A DNA stretch of 64,000 nucleotides from a virus. Lineage: Duplodnaviria > Caudoviricetes. The position numbers were made by a program, and so were the translations under genes. The notes beneath the pieces are model-generated. The model saw only the letters and a list, made by a program, of their open reading frames with translations. It was not told the DNA's origin and searched no databases. Positions 39,661 through 49,748 of the stretch are shown in pieces. The DNA is taken from positions 1 through 64,000 of IMG/VR virus record IMGVR_UViG_3300028833_000110; one strand, 5' to 3'. Positions within the stretch are counted from its first letter, which is position 1; every line of letters begins with the position of its first letter.

Positions 39661-40713
39661 TTATTCAACCCTTCCAAATCTTATATTATTTTTAAATTCT
39701 TCCCAGTTTCTACTTCCTGACATTGTAAAACCATAATTAAAAACATCATATAATCCCATTAGCCAAGATTCTAATGTACTGTTTATTTCTATCCACTCAG
39801 ATTTAGCATCTACATAAGTGGTATTCTTGTCTCTACCCATTTTTTCTAAAGCCGAGTCTGTTGTATTTCCCATGTAGAATCTTTTCAACTTTAATTCCTT
39901 GAGTGGAGTGTCTTTTACTATATCTGGGGAAACGCTTTCTAGAATTTCTCCTCCTTCGGGTGTTTTTATTTTTCTATAAACTGTTCCCGAAGCTTCTAAT
40001 ATTTTTACAAAGATTCTTCCACACATTACGTAGTCAGCACCAAGAGCTAGTGCTTTTAGAATGTCGGCATGTGAATAAATACCTCCATCTGCTATAATTT
40101 TAGTTTGATTTAGACCAATACATGCAGTGTTTTTTATTCCCACGACATCCATTAAAAGAGAGGCTAATGGAATATGAAATCCATATTTATCTTGAGAAAT
40201 ACATAATGACCCACTAGTCATCCCAACTCTAACATAATCTATTCCGACTTTACAATATTCTGGATAGATCTTAGCATTTCCAATATTTCCAGCCATAATA
40301 TTTATTTGCCTACCATATAATTGTCTTAATCTTGCACAAAGATCTAGTAGTTTAACGTCATGACCATTTCCACAGTCAATACAAACATGGAATTGGAATT
40401 GAGATAATCTTTTTCCTAATTTAATAAAATTATCCTCAATTTCATTAATTCCAAATGCTGCAAATAAATATTGACATCCATCCAATCTTATATTTATTGG
40501 AATTGTTCTGGGCAATATGGGTTTTATGCCAGACTTTTCCCAGACTTTCCAGTTTGACATATTAATAATAGAATCCACTGGACTTGTAAAGATAGGAAGA
40601 GATACAGAGTTATCATTCTTATCTACAACTCCAAAATCAAATTTATCTTCTCTTCCATTGTTTATAGCACTTGGTAATAGTGCTATATCATTTAATTCTA
40701 AAAGTCTTTCCAT
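39661..40713 (-). CDS. IMP dehydrogenase/GMP reductase family protein
   Basis: IDCGNGH, AGNI, RVGMTSGSLC (catalytic Cys), IIADGGI, KALALGADYVMCG. Confidence 0.85.
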   Translation of the reverse strand: MERLLELNDIALLPSAINNGREDKFDFGVVDKNDNSVSLPIFTSPVDSIINMSNWKVWEKSGIKPILPRTIPINIRLDGCQYLFAAFGINEIEDNFIKLGKRLSQFQFHVCIDCGNGHDVKLLDLCARLRQLYGRQINIMAGNIGNAKIYPEYCKVGIDYVRVGMTSGSLCISQDKYGFHIPLASLLMDVVGIKNTACIGLNQTKIIADGGIYSHADILKALALGADYVMCGRIFVKILEASGTVYRKIKTPEGGEILESVSPDIVKDTPLKELKLKRFYMGNTTDSALEKMGRDKNTTYVDAKSEWIEINSTLESWLMGLYDVFNYGFTMSGSRNWEEFKNNIRFGRVE

Positions 40714-41639
40714 ATGTCAAATATATCGTTGTATTCTGTTAATAATTTTGATAATTCATTAATTTGGTAGGTATTGTCATTTTTAATTGACTTTAGTTTA
40801 GCTATATTATATTTATGCATATCAATTTCTTGGTTTATCTGTTGGGTGATGTTCCCCTTTATGTACTCTATCCTTTCTCTTAAATGCTCCTCATTTAATG
40901 AAAACACCCACCCCCTATCTCTCCTGCTGTGTTCTATTATTGGAATTATCTTCTTTGTTTTTGTATTCATGACTTTAAAGATATTACTTTCCGGTAAGTC
41001 TGATCTAGGATAATACCCACTAATAGGACTAGGTTGTGTAGTAGTACTAAAGTCACATATTGTACGTATTTTAGTATTTTTTATACAGTCTATAAAATTA
41101 TCTTTAGTTATTATAAATTTATAAACATTTATTGGTGGTTTTAATGATTTTATTCTGAAAAATCGTCCTATTGGATAGTAAAATCCATAGATCTCATTAT
41201 TATTTAGAATAAGATCTCTAGTTTCCTTTAATATACTATCAACACTTGTATTTTCTGTAGTAGAATTAAACAATTGGGTGTAATCCGATATGTTATATTT
41301 TTTTTTCAGTAATTCTATAATAATTATAGGCAAAACTGTTCCTCTAACTGGATACATACTAAATATATCATAAGGACCACAATATCCATACTCACTATAC
41401 TTTATATTTAACACATTAGATAGCATATGAAAATACGGAGAATCATAACTAGCATCAATATATCTTTGTATAATAGTATTAATGACTCCCAACAAATCTA
41501 ATTCAGTTTTTATTGTTGCATCTACTTCTAGTGATTTCAATAGAGGTGGATAAAAATTACGATAAGGAGAATAATAACGAGAGACATTGCTATTATAATC
41601 AATTCTACTTTGCTTTAATATTTCATAATAAGTCATCAT
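40698..41639 (-). CDS. Hypothetical protein
   Basis: ORF track; weakly similar to 41636..42532. Confidence 0.5.
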   Translation of the reverse strand: MMTYYEILKQSRIDYNSNVSRYYSPYRNFYPPLLKSLEVDATIKTELDLLGVINTIIQRYIDASYDSPYFHMLSNVLNIKYSEYGYCGPYDIFSMYPVRGTVLPIIIIELLKKKYNISDYTQLFNSTTENTSVDSILKETRDLILNNNEIYGFYYPIGRFFRIKSLKPPINVYKFIITKDNFIDCIKNTKIRTICDFSTTTQPSPISGYYPRSDLPESNIFKVMNTKTKKIIPIIEHSRRDRGWVFSLNEEHLRERIEYIKGNITQQINQEIDMHKYNIAKLKSIKNDNTYQINELSKLLTEYNDIFDIWKDF

Positions 41640-42532
41640 GTTATTATTTTAAATAAACCATCATTCTCTATTAATAATCTCTTTTCTTTCGTTTTTTTTA
41701 ATTCATTCAACTCTTTTTCTATATCTTGATTATTTTTCAAGTTTTCTTCTAGTTTCCACCTTATTCTCCTACCAGCGTCTAGATGAACAGCATCAAATAC
41801 ATGCTCTAAATAGGGTATTAAGTGTTGTTTCGTTAAAAAAAACTTCCAATAAAAACTATTGCTAGGAATTTCTTTTCCCTTTTCATCTACTAAGATCAAA
41901 AGTGGGTTACTTCTTAGATTAGTATAAGAAGAACTATAAAATTTACCATCTAATATTGATCTCTTTATATTATCTTCTTTTATTCTAAGTTGATGAATCA
42001 CCAATTTTTTATCGAAGTCTTTTAATATTCTTTCAGGATAAAGGGCATTACCAGTGAAAATCCCCAGAAAAGTTCCTCCGTTACTATACAATAAATCTGA
42101 TATTATATTTATTATTTCACTACAATCTTGTTTCCAATCCAATTGTAATAGTTTCATTGGATTATCTTGTATTTCGTACTTATCAAGAAGTATGGTTAGT
42201 AGAGCGTATGATAATGAACTACTCCCGTCGAGGATAAATATATCTCCAAACCTTTGAAATAAACAATACCAATCTCCTATTCTACATATACCACTAGACT
42301 CGTCATAATAAGAATAGTTAGCTTTTCTTATTAATTGACTGAGAAGATAAGATATATATTGTTTTTCTTTGGGCCAATTACTACTGTTTTTATTAAAATT
42401 AAAATCTAGATACTTAGCTGTATCTTCTTTTGTAGTATTCAACAGCGTAGTTTTTTCGTCTTCTGTTAAATCTGCGGTAATTCTTTTAATAATATCAAAA
42501 TAAGTAGTTACCATAATATCATTTTTGTACAT
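41636..42532 (-). CDS. Hypothetical protein
   Basis: ORF track. Confidence 0.5.
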   Translation of the reverse strand: MYKNDIMVTTYFDIIKRITADLTEDEKTTLLNTTKEDTAKYLDFNFNKNSSNWPKEKQYISYLLSQLIRKANYSYYDESSGICRIGDWYCLFQRFGDIFILDGSSSLSYALLTILLDKYEIQDNPMKLLQLDWKQDCSEIINIISDLLYSNGGTFLGIFTGNALYPERILKDFDKKLVIHQLRIKEDNIKRSILDGKFYSSSYTNLRSNPLLILVDEKGKEIPSNSFYWKFFLTKQHLIPYLEHVFDAVHLDAGRRIRWKLEENLKNNQDIEKELNELKKTKEKRLLIENDGLFKIIT

Positions 42533-42566
42533 TTATAAGGGAATAAGGAAAAAAGAGCAGGATTAT

Positions 42567-43373
42567 TTATTTCCCGCTCTTATTTTTAAATTCATAGTAA
42601 GATTTTTTTAGTTTAGTATCATAAGAATTTTCCTTGTATCCGCTTCCATTATATCTTCTAGCGAATTCAGCCCAGTTTTTTGCCTGAAGATATGGAATGA
42701 GGCCTGTATTTTTCATAAATCTAATACCCAATACAAACTGAGAATATTCAGATTGTTCCATTAGTTTCACAAATTCATTAATACTAGAACAACCGCACTT
42801 AGAAAAATTAACTCCCATAATTTGAAACATTCCCCAGCTTGTACTTTGGTCTGCTATTTCTTTGTCTATATATTTTCGGGCGGCTTCTAATCTGTTCCAT
42901 TCTCTTTCTCCGCCCTTATATAGACTTTTATTCCAGACCTTAGATAATAAAGCTGGATATTTTTTTAGTAGTTCTTCTATATTCCCTTTTCCAGCCTTTT
43001 TTAGTAGATTATATGCATAGTGAGCCTCATATAGAACTTTAGGATGACCAGATGCGAGAAAACCAGAGCTTCCCCCAGTTTCTACTTTAACCACTGCCAT
43101 AAGTACTTCGGGTTCTACTCCTAACATTTTTCCGAAAGTGATATAATCTTCTTTTAATACCTTTCCTGAGTCAGACTTTTTTTTATCAATAATAAGAGAT
43201 GTCCAAGTATTAAATCCAACTACACCATCAGGATCCAAACCGTTTGTTTTTTGATATCCTCTAATAGTATTATCTAGATCCGAATCAAAGACATTTCTTT
43301 CTTTAACTCCCAAGAGATTACATAATATTTTTACGTCATCTCCATTACTACCTAATTTTATAGTACTATACAT
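42567..43373 (-). CDS. Endolysin: peptidoglycan-binding domain plus N-acetylmuramidase (DUF3380-type)
   Basis: GSNGDDVK...YQ...GLDPDGVVG..TW; AVVKVETGG, LYEAH, STSWGMFQIMG, FARRYNG..Y...YDTKL. Confidence 0.9.
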   Translation of the reverse strand: MYSTIKLGSNGDDVKILCNLLGVKERNVFDSDLDNTIRGYQKTNGLDPDGVVGFNTWTSLIIDKKKSDSGKVLKEDYITFGKMLGVEPEVLMAVVKVETGGSSGFLASGHPKVLYEAHYAYNLLKKAGKGNIEELLKKYPALLSKVWNKSLYKGGEREWNRLEAARKYIDKEIADQSTSWGMFQIMGVNFSKCGCSSINEFVKLMEQSEYSQFVLGIRFMKNTGLIPYLQAKNWAEFARRYNGSGYKENSYDTKLKKSYYEFKNKSGK

Positions 43374-43388
43374 TAAAATTCCTTTCTT

Positions 43389-43529
43389 TTATTTACCTAT
43401 AAGACCCTGAATACTATCCCCCATTATTTTTTTATATTCATTACCAACCTTTTTCATCCCATCTATAAATTGTTGTTGGTGATCTTTTTCTTTCTCTTTT
43501 TCTTTAGATTTTTTACGTAGTATCTTCAT
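43389..43529 (-). CDS. 46-aa leader-bearing peptide (MKILRKKSK...)
   Basis: Read by hand; start overlaps the stop of the upstream gene. Confidence 0.5.
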   Translation of the reverse strand: MKILRKKSKEKEKEKDHQQQFIDGMKKVGNEYKKIMGDSIQGLIGK

Positions 43530-44854
43530 TTGTTACCTCCAAATTTGTTTTTTATTAGCTTAGCTCCACCTCTAGTTAATTTTCCATAAGTAGCCCACTT
43601 TGATTTGTTTATAGTGCCACTTAGATAGGTTCCCCATGCAGTCCTAAACATTTCCTTTGCTTCCTTCAAATCATTTTCACTAACTCCACAATCTGTTAAT
43701 ACTTGATAACCATTGTAAGAGGCTAAAAATTCAATATAGAGGAGAGGAGAACGAAGGAGGAAGTTAGATACTATTCCAACTAATTCTCCAGTATTTCCTG
43801 CTAGCCCGCAACAAAATGCAACAAAGGATATAAATTTTGAATTAAACATATTTCTTTTTCCATTACTTTGTAGCCAAGCTTTAGTGCCACCAGCTTTATC
43901 AATCAAGTAGTGTCCAATTTCATGAGCCAAAGCAATGGGAGTATCGAGTTCTGAATAACATATAACGTGTTTATTATTGTTATATGCCCAAAGAATCCAA
44001 TCTAATATTGTTCTTTTTCTTTCAGGATCTCCATGTTTTTTTATTTTATCTATCTGTTCTTTATTCCAATTTGCAGGGTTGGTATAGAATGATCCAGTAC
44101 CGAGATTCACTATTATTAAATCTTGGTAATTTTTCTTTACATAATTTATAATTTTTTTATAAACAGACTCATTAAATTTCCCTTTATATGAAGTTGTTAG
44201 TTTAATAGATAATCTTTTTCCCTCTTCTTTCATTATTTTTGCTAATCCTAAATTTAATATAGAGGGAACTAAAGTAGCAACTATGGAAAATTGTTTTTGA
44301 TATAGGGCTGGTGTTTTCTCTGGATCTAAGAAAATTTTAAACTCTGATCCATAAAACAACCGTAAGAAAATTAAGAACTCAAGAAAAGCTTTATATAAAC
44401 TTACCCAACCCTCTTTTCGTAGTGGGACAGTAATTATAGGCTTTGGGGGATAATTACCTATTCTAACAAACTTATATTCCCAACCACAATCCTTTTTATG
44501 ATATTTAGGGAGAATTGAGGCAAGTGGTCTATATATACTACCCTCAGGGAAAGTTATTATTCCATCATTTATATAAAGAGGAATATCAAGCTGTCTATCA
44601 AACTTCATTTTGTGATCCCAAACAGATATAAGAGATCCAGACTTATAATTTCGGTTATTTGCAGGAAAGTTAATCTCTACTTCTTTTGGGAGATCAGAAA
44701 CTTTAAATGATCCCCTTTTTATGTTATTTAGTTTATCTGTAGTTGATCGCATTTCATATTTATCATATAAATCCTTTCCTGCATATAAGTAAAATTTATA
44801 TATGTCTTCCTGATCAAAATCCTTGAGGCTTATTTGTTGTCGTAGTATTTTCAT
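43526..44854 (-). CDS. Leader-bearing protein with C-terminal HExxH zinc metallopeptidase
   Basis: MKILRQQ; internal QKQFS; ALAHEIGH...IEFLAS...AWGTYL. Confidence 0.7.
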   Translation of the reverse strand: MKILRQQISLKDFDQEDIYKFYLYAGKDLYDKYEMRSTTDKLNNIKRGSFKVSDLPKEVEINFPANNRNYKSGSLISVWDHKMKFDRQLDIPLYINDGIITFPEGSIYRPLASILPKYHKKDCGWEYKFVRIGNYPPKPIITVPLRKEGWVSLYKAFLEFLIFLRLFYGSEFKIFLDPEKTPALYQKQFSIVATLVPSILNLGLAKIMKEEGKRLSIKLTTSYKGKFNESVYKKIINYVKKNYQDLIIVNLGTGSFYTNPANWNKEQIDKIKKHGDPERKRTILDWILWAYNNNKHVICYSELDTPIALAHEIGHYLIDKAGGTKAWLQSNGKRNMFNSKFISFVAFCCGLAGNTGELVGIVSNFLLRSPLLYIEFLASYNGYQVLTDCGVSENDLKEAKEMFRTAWGTYLSGTINKSKWATYGKLTRGGAKLIKNKFGGNK

Positions 44855-44860
44855 GATAAT

Positions 44861-45094
44861 TTAGTGTTTATTAGCATGGTAGGCAGCTAATATTTCCTCA
44901 CACTTTTCTTTAGAATCTTCTTCACATGTCCACCATCTAGGGGGATTAGCTTTATAGGAAATTATACTCCATTTTCCATTAGGTTTTTTCTGGATGACAC
45001 CTTCTTTTCTTCCACGTTCGGCTGTTTCTTTATCTACAATTTCTCTGTCATCCTTTTTAGAGAATTGTTTCTGTTTATTTCTTAGTATAATCAT
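44861..45094 (-). CDS. Small leader-bearing protein
   Basis: MIILRNKQKQFS. Confidence 0.6.
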   Translation of the reverse strand: MIILRNKQKQFSKKDDREIVDKETAERGRKEGVIQKKPNGKWSIISYKANPPRWWTCEEDSKEKCEEILAAYHANKH

Positions 45095-45483
45095 GTTTAC
45101 TTAAAATTAATGAAAATAAATAGAAAGATATTTCTATCTCTCTATCATTTTATTAGAATTTCTCCAAATTCATTATCCCAACTCCCTTTATATACAGCAA
45201 TTTTAGGGGAGTTAATACCAAATCCAACGTAATATATAATACCAGTTCCTTTTGGACAAAACCAATTTGAGCTATTTTGTAGTCCTTTTATAGCCTCCTT
45301 AAGACTTGGATAATATGAAGTAGGCTTTGATCTTCTTTCATCTACTGTATTTTCAATGTACCAGACTCCCTTACCCTCCTTCTCTAATTTAGCTATCTTT
45401 TCATTTTTAATTAATTCAATATAAATCTCTTCAGTTGTCATAATATTACATATGTTTATTAATTACATATATAAGGGATTAGA

Positions 45484-46017
45484 TTACTTTTCCTCAGATT
45501 CATTTTTTCTCTTTCTTCTTCTGGATATATAAGTAGTTCCTCCGGCTATAACAGCGGGAGTAGCAATAAGAGCTGCTTTTCCACCTTTAGTTTTAGCAAA
45601 ATCAGAAATCTTTTTACCAGCTTTTTCTACTTTATCCGCTACTTTCTGGTATTTTTCTCCTCTAACTTCTATGTCGGTTATTCCAGGTTTATTTGTTTTT
45701 CCAGATTTCTTATTTCTAATTTTATCAGCTATATTCTCTGACCCCTTATCGGAATTTCTAGCTCCACGATAACCAAGATAACCAGCTCCCGCACCAAGTC
45801 CTGTGGCAGCAACACCAGCACCTATTTCTTCGGCAGAGTCACTAAAATCTCTTTCGGAATCATAGGATTTATTTTCATACATTTTCTTCTCTATAATTTC
45901 TCCGGTTATGTCATTTTTTGCAGATATTATAGCAAACTTACCTTCATTATCCTCTCCTATTTCCTTAATCTCAAAAGTCATGGGAATATCGGAATAAAGT
46001 TTTCTTTTTATTTTCAT
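45484..46017 (-). CDS. Leader-bearing glycine-zipper protein
   Basis: MKIKRKLYS; internal ERDFS; two hydrophobic helices. Confidence 0.6.
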   Translation of the reverse strand: MKIKRKLYSDIPMTFEIKEIGEDNEGKFAIISAKNDITGEIIEKKMYENKSYDSERDFSDSAEEIGAGVAATGLGAGAGYLGYRGARNSDKGSENIADKIRNKKSGKTNKPGITDIEVRGEKYQKVADKVEKAGKKISDFAKTKGGKAALIATPAVIAGGTTYISRRRKRKNESEEK

Positions 46018-46331
46018 ATTAAATCCTTTCTTTTATTTTAACCATGGCCACACTAAAATCCCAAAAATAGTATATAATATTTTTTCTTTTGTAGATCTTG
46101 GCCATTCTAAATCTGTATCTTTTGTTCTCTTTTCTTCATATCTAAGGTAATTATAAAGAAAACTATGAACAGCCCATTCAAGGCACATACCAGCAATACT
46201 CCTATTCTTTACTATATCTTTATCTGGATGATCTTTTTTTATCTTTTCGAGTATTGGTCTATACTCTTTTTTAGGTATTAGATATGAATCATAGAGAATA
46301 ATGCATTTGTTAGTAATTTTATAGTTTGGTT

Positions 46332-47015
46332 TCATATCTTTTTATTCCTTTCTTTATTATAGGCGGTTATTTCATCTACATACTTATATAACATTCTTTT
46401 ATCACTAGTCTCCGCATCTGATATCAGAAAGTGGTCAGTGAATAAGAAAATATTGAACCCTGTAATATCCATGTATAATCCCACCCCATCTATATCTTTC
46501 CACCGACATGTTTTAATCTTCTCTACGAACTTTCCTTTCGATTCTATGTCTTGTGGCAGCTTATATTCTTTTGGGATCATTAGTGCTATTTGATAACAAC
46601 TACTAATATCAATGGAGGGAGGATAATCAGAGGGGTGTCGGATAGGTTTTCTTACTATTACTACCTCTCCATATTCTTTGTTATAGGCTATTATTCTATC
46701 CACATACTCATATATTATGGATTCTTCTATTGATGATATTCTGGAGAGTATCGTAAAATATCCATATAGCTTATATAGAGTATACTTGGTTATGTCTATA
46801 TTCTTTACCTCAATCTCCTCATCTAGTTCTGTCCACTTGTCATCTAATACGGTAGAGTCAACAATTCTTCCTACCTTATTAAGGTCTTCCGGTATTTTAT
46901 AGGCCTTCGGAATTAATAACATTATCATATAGTCATAGCAGAAAGTATCTATAAACGAAAATAAAGGAAGGATCTCTATGTGGTGCTTTAGTATAATTAT
47001 TTTGTTATTTTCCAT
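46332..47015 (-). CDS. Hypothetical protein with internal duplication
   Basis: LxIPKxYKxPxD...DIT...YxYVDxIxAYNKE occurs twice. Confidence 0.55.
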   Translation of the reverse strand: MENNKIIILKHHIEILPLFSFIDTFCYDYMIMLLIPKAYKIPEDLNKVGRIVDSTVLDDKWTELDEEIEVKNIDITKYTLYKLYGYFTILSRISSIEESIIYEYVDRIIAYNKEYGEVVIVRKPIRHPSDYPPSIDISSCYQIALMIPKEYKLPQDIESKGKFVEKIKTCRWKDIDGVGLYMDITGFNIFLFTDHFLISDAETSDKRMLYKYVDEITAYNKERNKKI

Positions 47016-47025
47016 ATCTGTTTTG

Positions 47026-47854
47026 TTAATTTTTAGGTTGGATTGTATTTCTTATAGTAGTTTTTATGTTAGCTAATCCTTTATTTTTGTAAGAATCCAG
47101 GGCTAGTTTATAATTTTTCTTGGCAGTTTCTATGTCTTTTTTAGTAGCACCTGATTTTCTCAATACCCTTAATCCTTGCTTAGACGCTCTCCCTTCCTCA
47201 GCTATAATACTACCTTCATTTATAATGTCCTGTATTACATTCTTTATCCCAGACCTCCTATGTGTTCCCATCAAACTTTTAACCATTCCATAGTTTTCAT
47301 TAGAGACTGGTATTGATTCCCCGGCTTTTTTGTGTATTAACTTTATTATGGGATTTTTACTTTGGTCATTAGAAACATGGCCAATTTCATGTGAGATTTG
47401 GTCAATTCCCTGTAATCTTGGTGGAATTATTATCTGATACTTCATCTTTCCCCTCTCTGTCGATCTTCTTAGGCCATTAACTCTCCTTCGCTTATTTTTA
47501 AATTTTTCAGTTATATCTTCTGCATTTGAAAATCTATTTGCCACCTCATTTGTCATAACTTGTGGAAACTGTGGTTTTTTGCTAGTTTTAATATCTAGGC
47601 GGGAAATTCTAGCTCCTCTTTTTTGAGCCTCTTTATATACATTTGTTCTAACGGCTTTACTACTTGGGAGTTTTATTATCCCTTCGTTTTTCAAATTTCC
47701 TATATTATATTCTCTCGCGATTATATTCCCTTCAATCGATTTTGTCAGTTTATTTGCAAGTTTTTTTTCTTAGCTTATTTACAGAATCACCTACAATACC
47801 AAACTCTTTCTGTTGATATTCTTCTAATGTAATTCCCTTTCGTAATATTATCAT
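47026..47854 (-). pseudogene. Leader-bearing HExxH metallopeptidase, frameshifted in an A8 run
   Basis: ATG 47854 (MIILRKG...QKEFG) joins the 47026..47694 frame (SHEIGH...EEGRAS) if one A is removed at 47761-47768. Confidence 0.65.
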
Positions 47855-48818
47855 AATTAATAAGTTTTAAATGAATAAAATAAAATAGAAAACCTAAGTC
47901 TTCTATTTCATTTTTATTTTATTCTTAACGTAAAGTCTTCATTTGCTTAAAAATTCCCAAATCAAAATTGCCTTAAGAATTTAGCCTTATCTCAGCTTTC
48001 ACCCCCATAAGTTTCTTACAGGCTGAGAGAAGTTCGGTTTCAACTCTATCACCACTTACTTTTTCTATATTAACTGTTTTTCCGTCCTTATATAGTATTG
48101 AATACCAGTCTATAGTCTCAATTTTTATTCTCCCAGATCTTATAATATGCATTCCTATACCAGAAAATACAGTACGGGTGTTATCCTGTTCTATTCCTGA
48201 TACTGTAAAAATAATTCTATAAGGAAGTTTATCCTCATCTTTCCCTGTGATTAGAATAGTATCACCAACTACTACTTCTTTAGGTTTCATAATTTATTCT
48301 CGGTTTAAAATATCTGCATTTCTTTCTAGCCAGTTTTCCAGGAGTTCATCAAATTCTTGTCTTGGTACAATACTATACTCTCCATTATCCCAATCTTCCC
48401 AGTCTATGATGTGGTAATGGTTTGTCTCTATATTTATCCTTTTATTTCCTTTATCTTCTGTGATGGTTATAAAAATCCCATAAAATCCAGTGTATCCCCA
48501 ATCTATTTGTTCTGCATCCCCTATTATCCTAAACCAGGAAATACCAGTTAGAGTAATAGTAGATACACTCCTTTTTATTATTTTTCCTTTCAAATCTGGG
48601 AGAGGATTTTTGTATGTCCCTAGTTCAATTTCTAATTCTTTTATTTCATCTTTTAAGTCCCTAAGTTGCTTTTTCTTTTTCTCTAACTCTTTTTTTAACT
48701 TTCCCATAATTTTGTATTTTATTATTTGTTCCCATGTTCTGAATTAACAGATACATACTCCGAGGATAGGAATATACATGGGAAATGAACACTAATCTTA
48801 ACTCCTCCTTTTTAATTT

Positions 48819-49256
48819 TTATCGATTAGGTTCATTATATTCTTCATAAAATTTTATTATATCATATATATTTGTTTCATGAACACGTAACTGACCTAAC
48901 TTATAAAAATATCCCATAGTATAGTTCATATTAGTTTCACATTCTATAGGAACAAAACATGTTAAAAGCTGATAAGTCGTCATACTAAATTTTTTCCCTA
49001 ACTCATTATCGCTTCTAATCTCAAAATTACCGTCATTATGGTACTCAAACCAATACGTTTCTCCTTTTTTTAACCAAGATAGAAATGGTTTTATACATCT
49101 AAAAAATCTCCCACTTACAAACTCGGAGATTGCTTTTTCATTTAGTAAAAAATCACTGGTTGGAATCATAAGTTTTTCTTCTGGATATAATGTTTTTTTA
49201 ATAAATTCTCCATTAATTATAAAATAGTCTCCTACATCAAAAGTTTTTCCCATCAT
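48819..49256 (-). CDS. Hypothetical protein
   Basis: Module shared with 26725..27717. Confidence 0.55.
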   Translation of the reverse strand: MMGKTFDVGDYFIINGEFIKKTLYPEEKLMIPTSDFLLNEKAISEFVSGRFFRCIKPFLSWLKKGETYWFEYHNDGNFEIRSDNELGKKFSMTTYQLLTCFVPIECETNMNYTMGYFYKLGQLRVHETNIYDIIKFYEEYNEPNR

Positions 49257-49277
49257 TTATAAGGTTATCGAGTTAGG

Positions 49278-49682
49278 TTATCGGAGTTCTATCATTGCTC
49301 TTCCTGTTAGAACTTTTCCATCCTTGCAAATGATACTAACAGCCATAGTTTCCTTATCCTTACAAGTACCTGTTATTAAAAAAGATTTCCACTCTCTAGG
49401 ACATGCAGAAGTAGGCTCAAACTCATTGCTTAAACTCCAATATATAAAACTTTTAGAATCCGCATTTCCTTCAACTTCAAAACTTCCAGACTCTACTTTG
49501 AATGTACAGTTCTTTCCCAGGAATCGACTTTTATCTACAAAACGATCAATAGGTAAAACCCCAAAAATAGTCTCACCACCAATCTCATCTTCATATTCCT
49601 TTCCCAATTCTTTTATAGCACCCCTAAACATTGTTTTTAGTGTATCTTTAAGAGAATAACTTTTTGTTCTTAGTATTTTCAT
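49278..49682 (-). CDS. Leader-bearing protein
   Basis: MKILRTKSYS. Confidence 0.6.
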   Translation of the reverse strand: MKILRTKSYSLKDTLKTMFRGAIKELGKEYEDEIGGETIFGVLPIDRFVDKSRFLGKNCTFKVESGSFEVEGNADSKSFIYWSLSNEFEPTSACPREWKSFLITGTCKDKETMAVSIICKDGKVLTGRAMIELR

Positions 49683-49748
49683 TTTTTATATTATTTAAAG
49701 AAAAAATGACTAAGCTTTTATACTTAATCATTCTTTTTTTTGTTTGTT

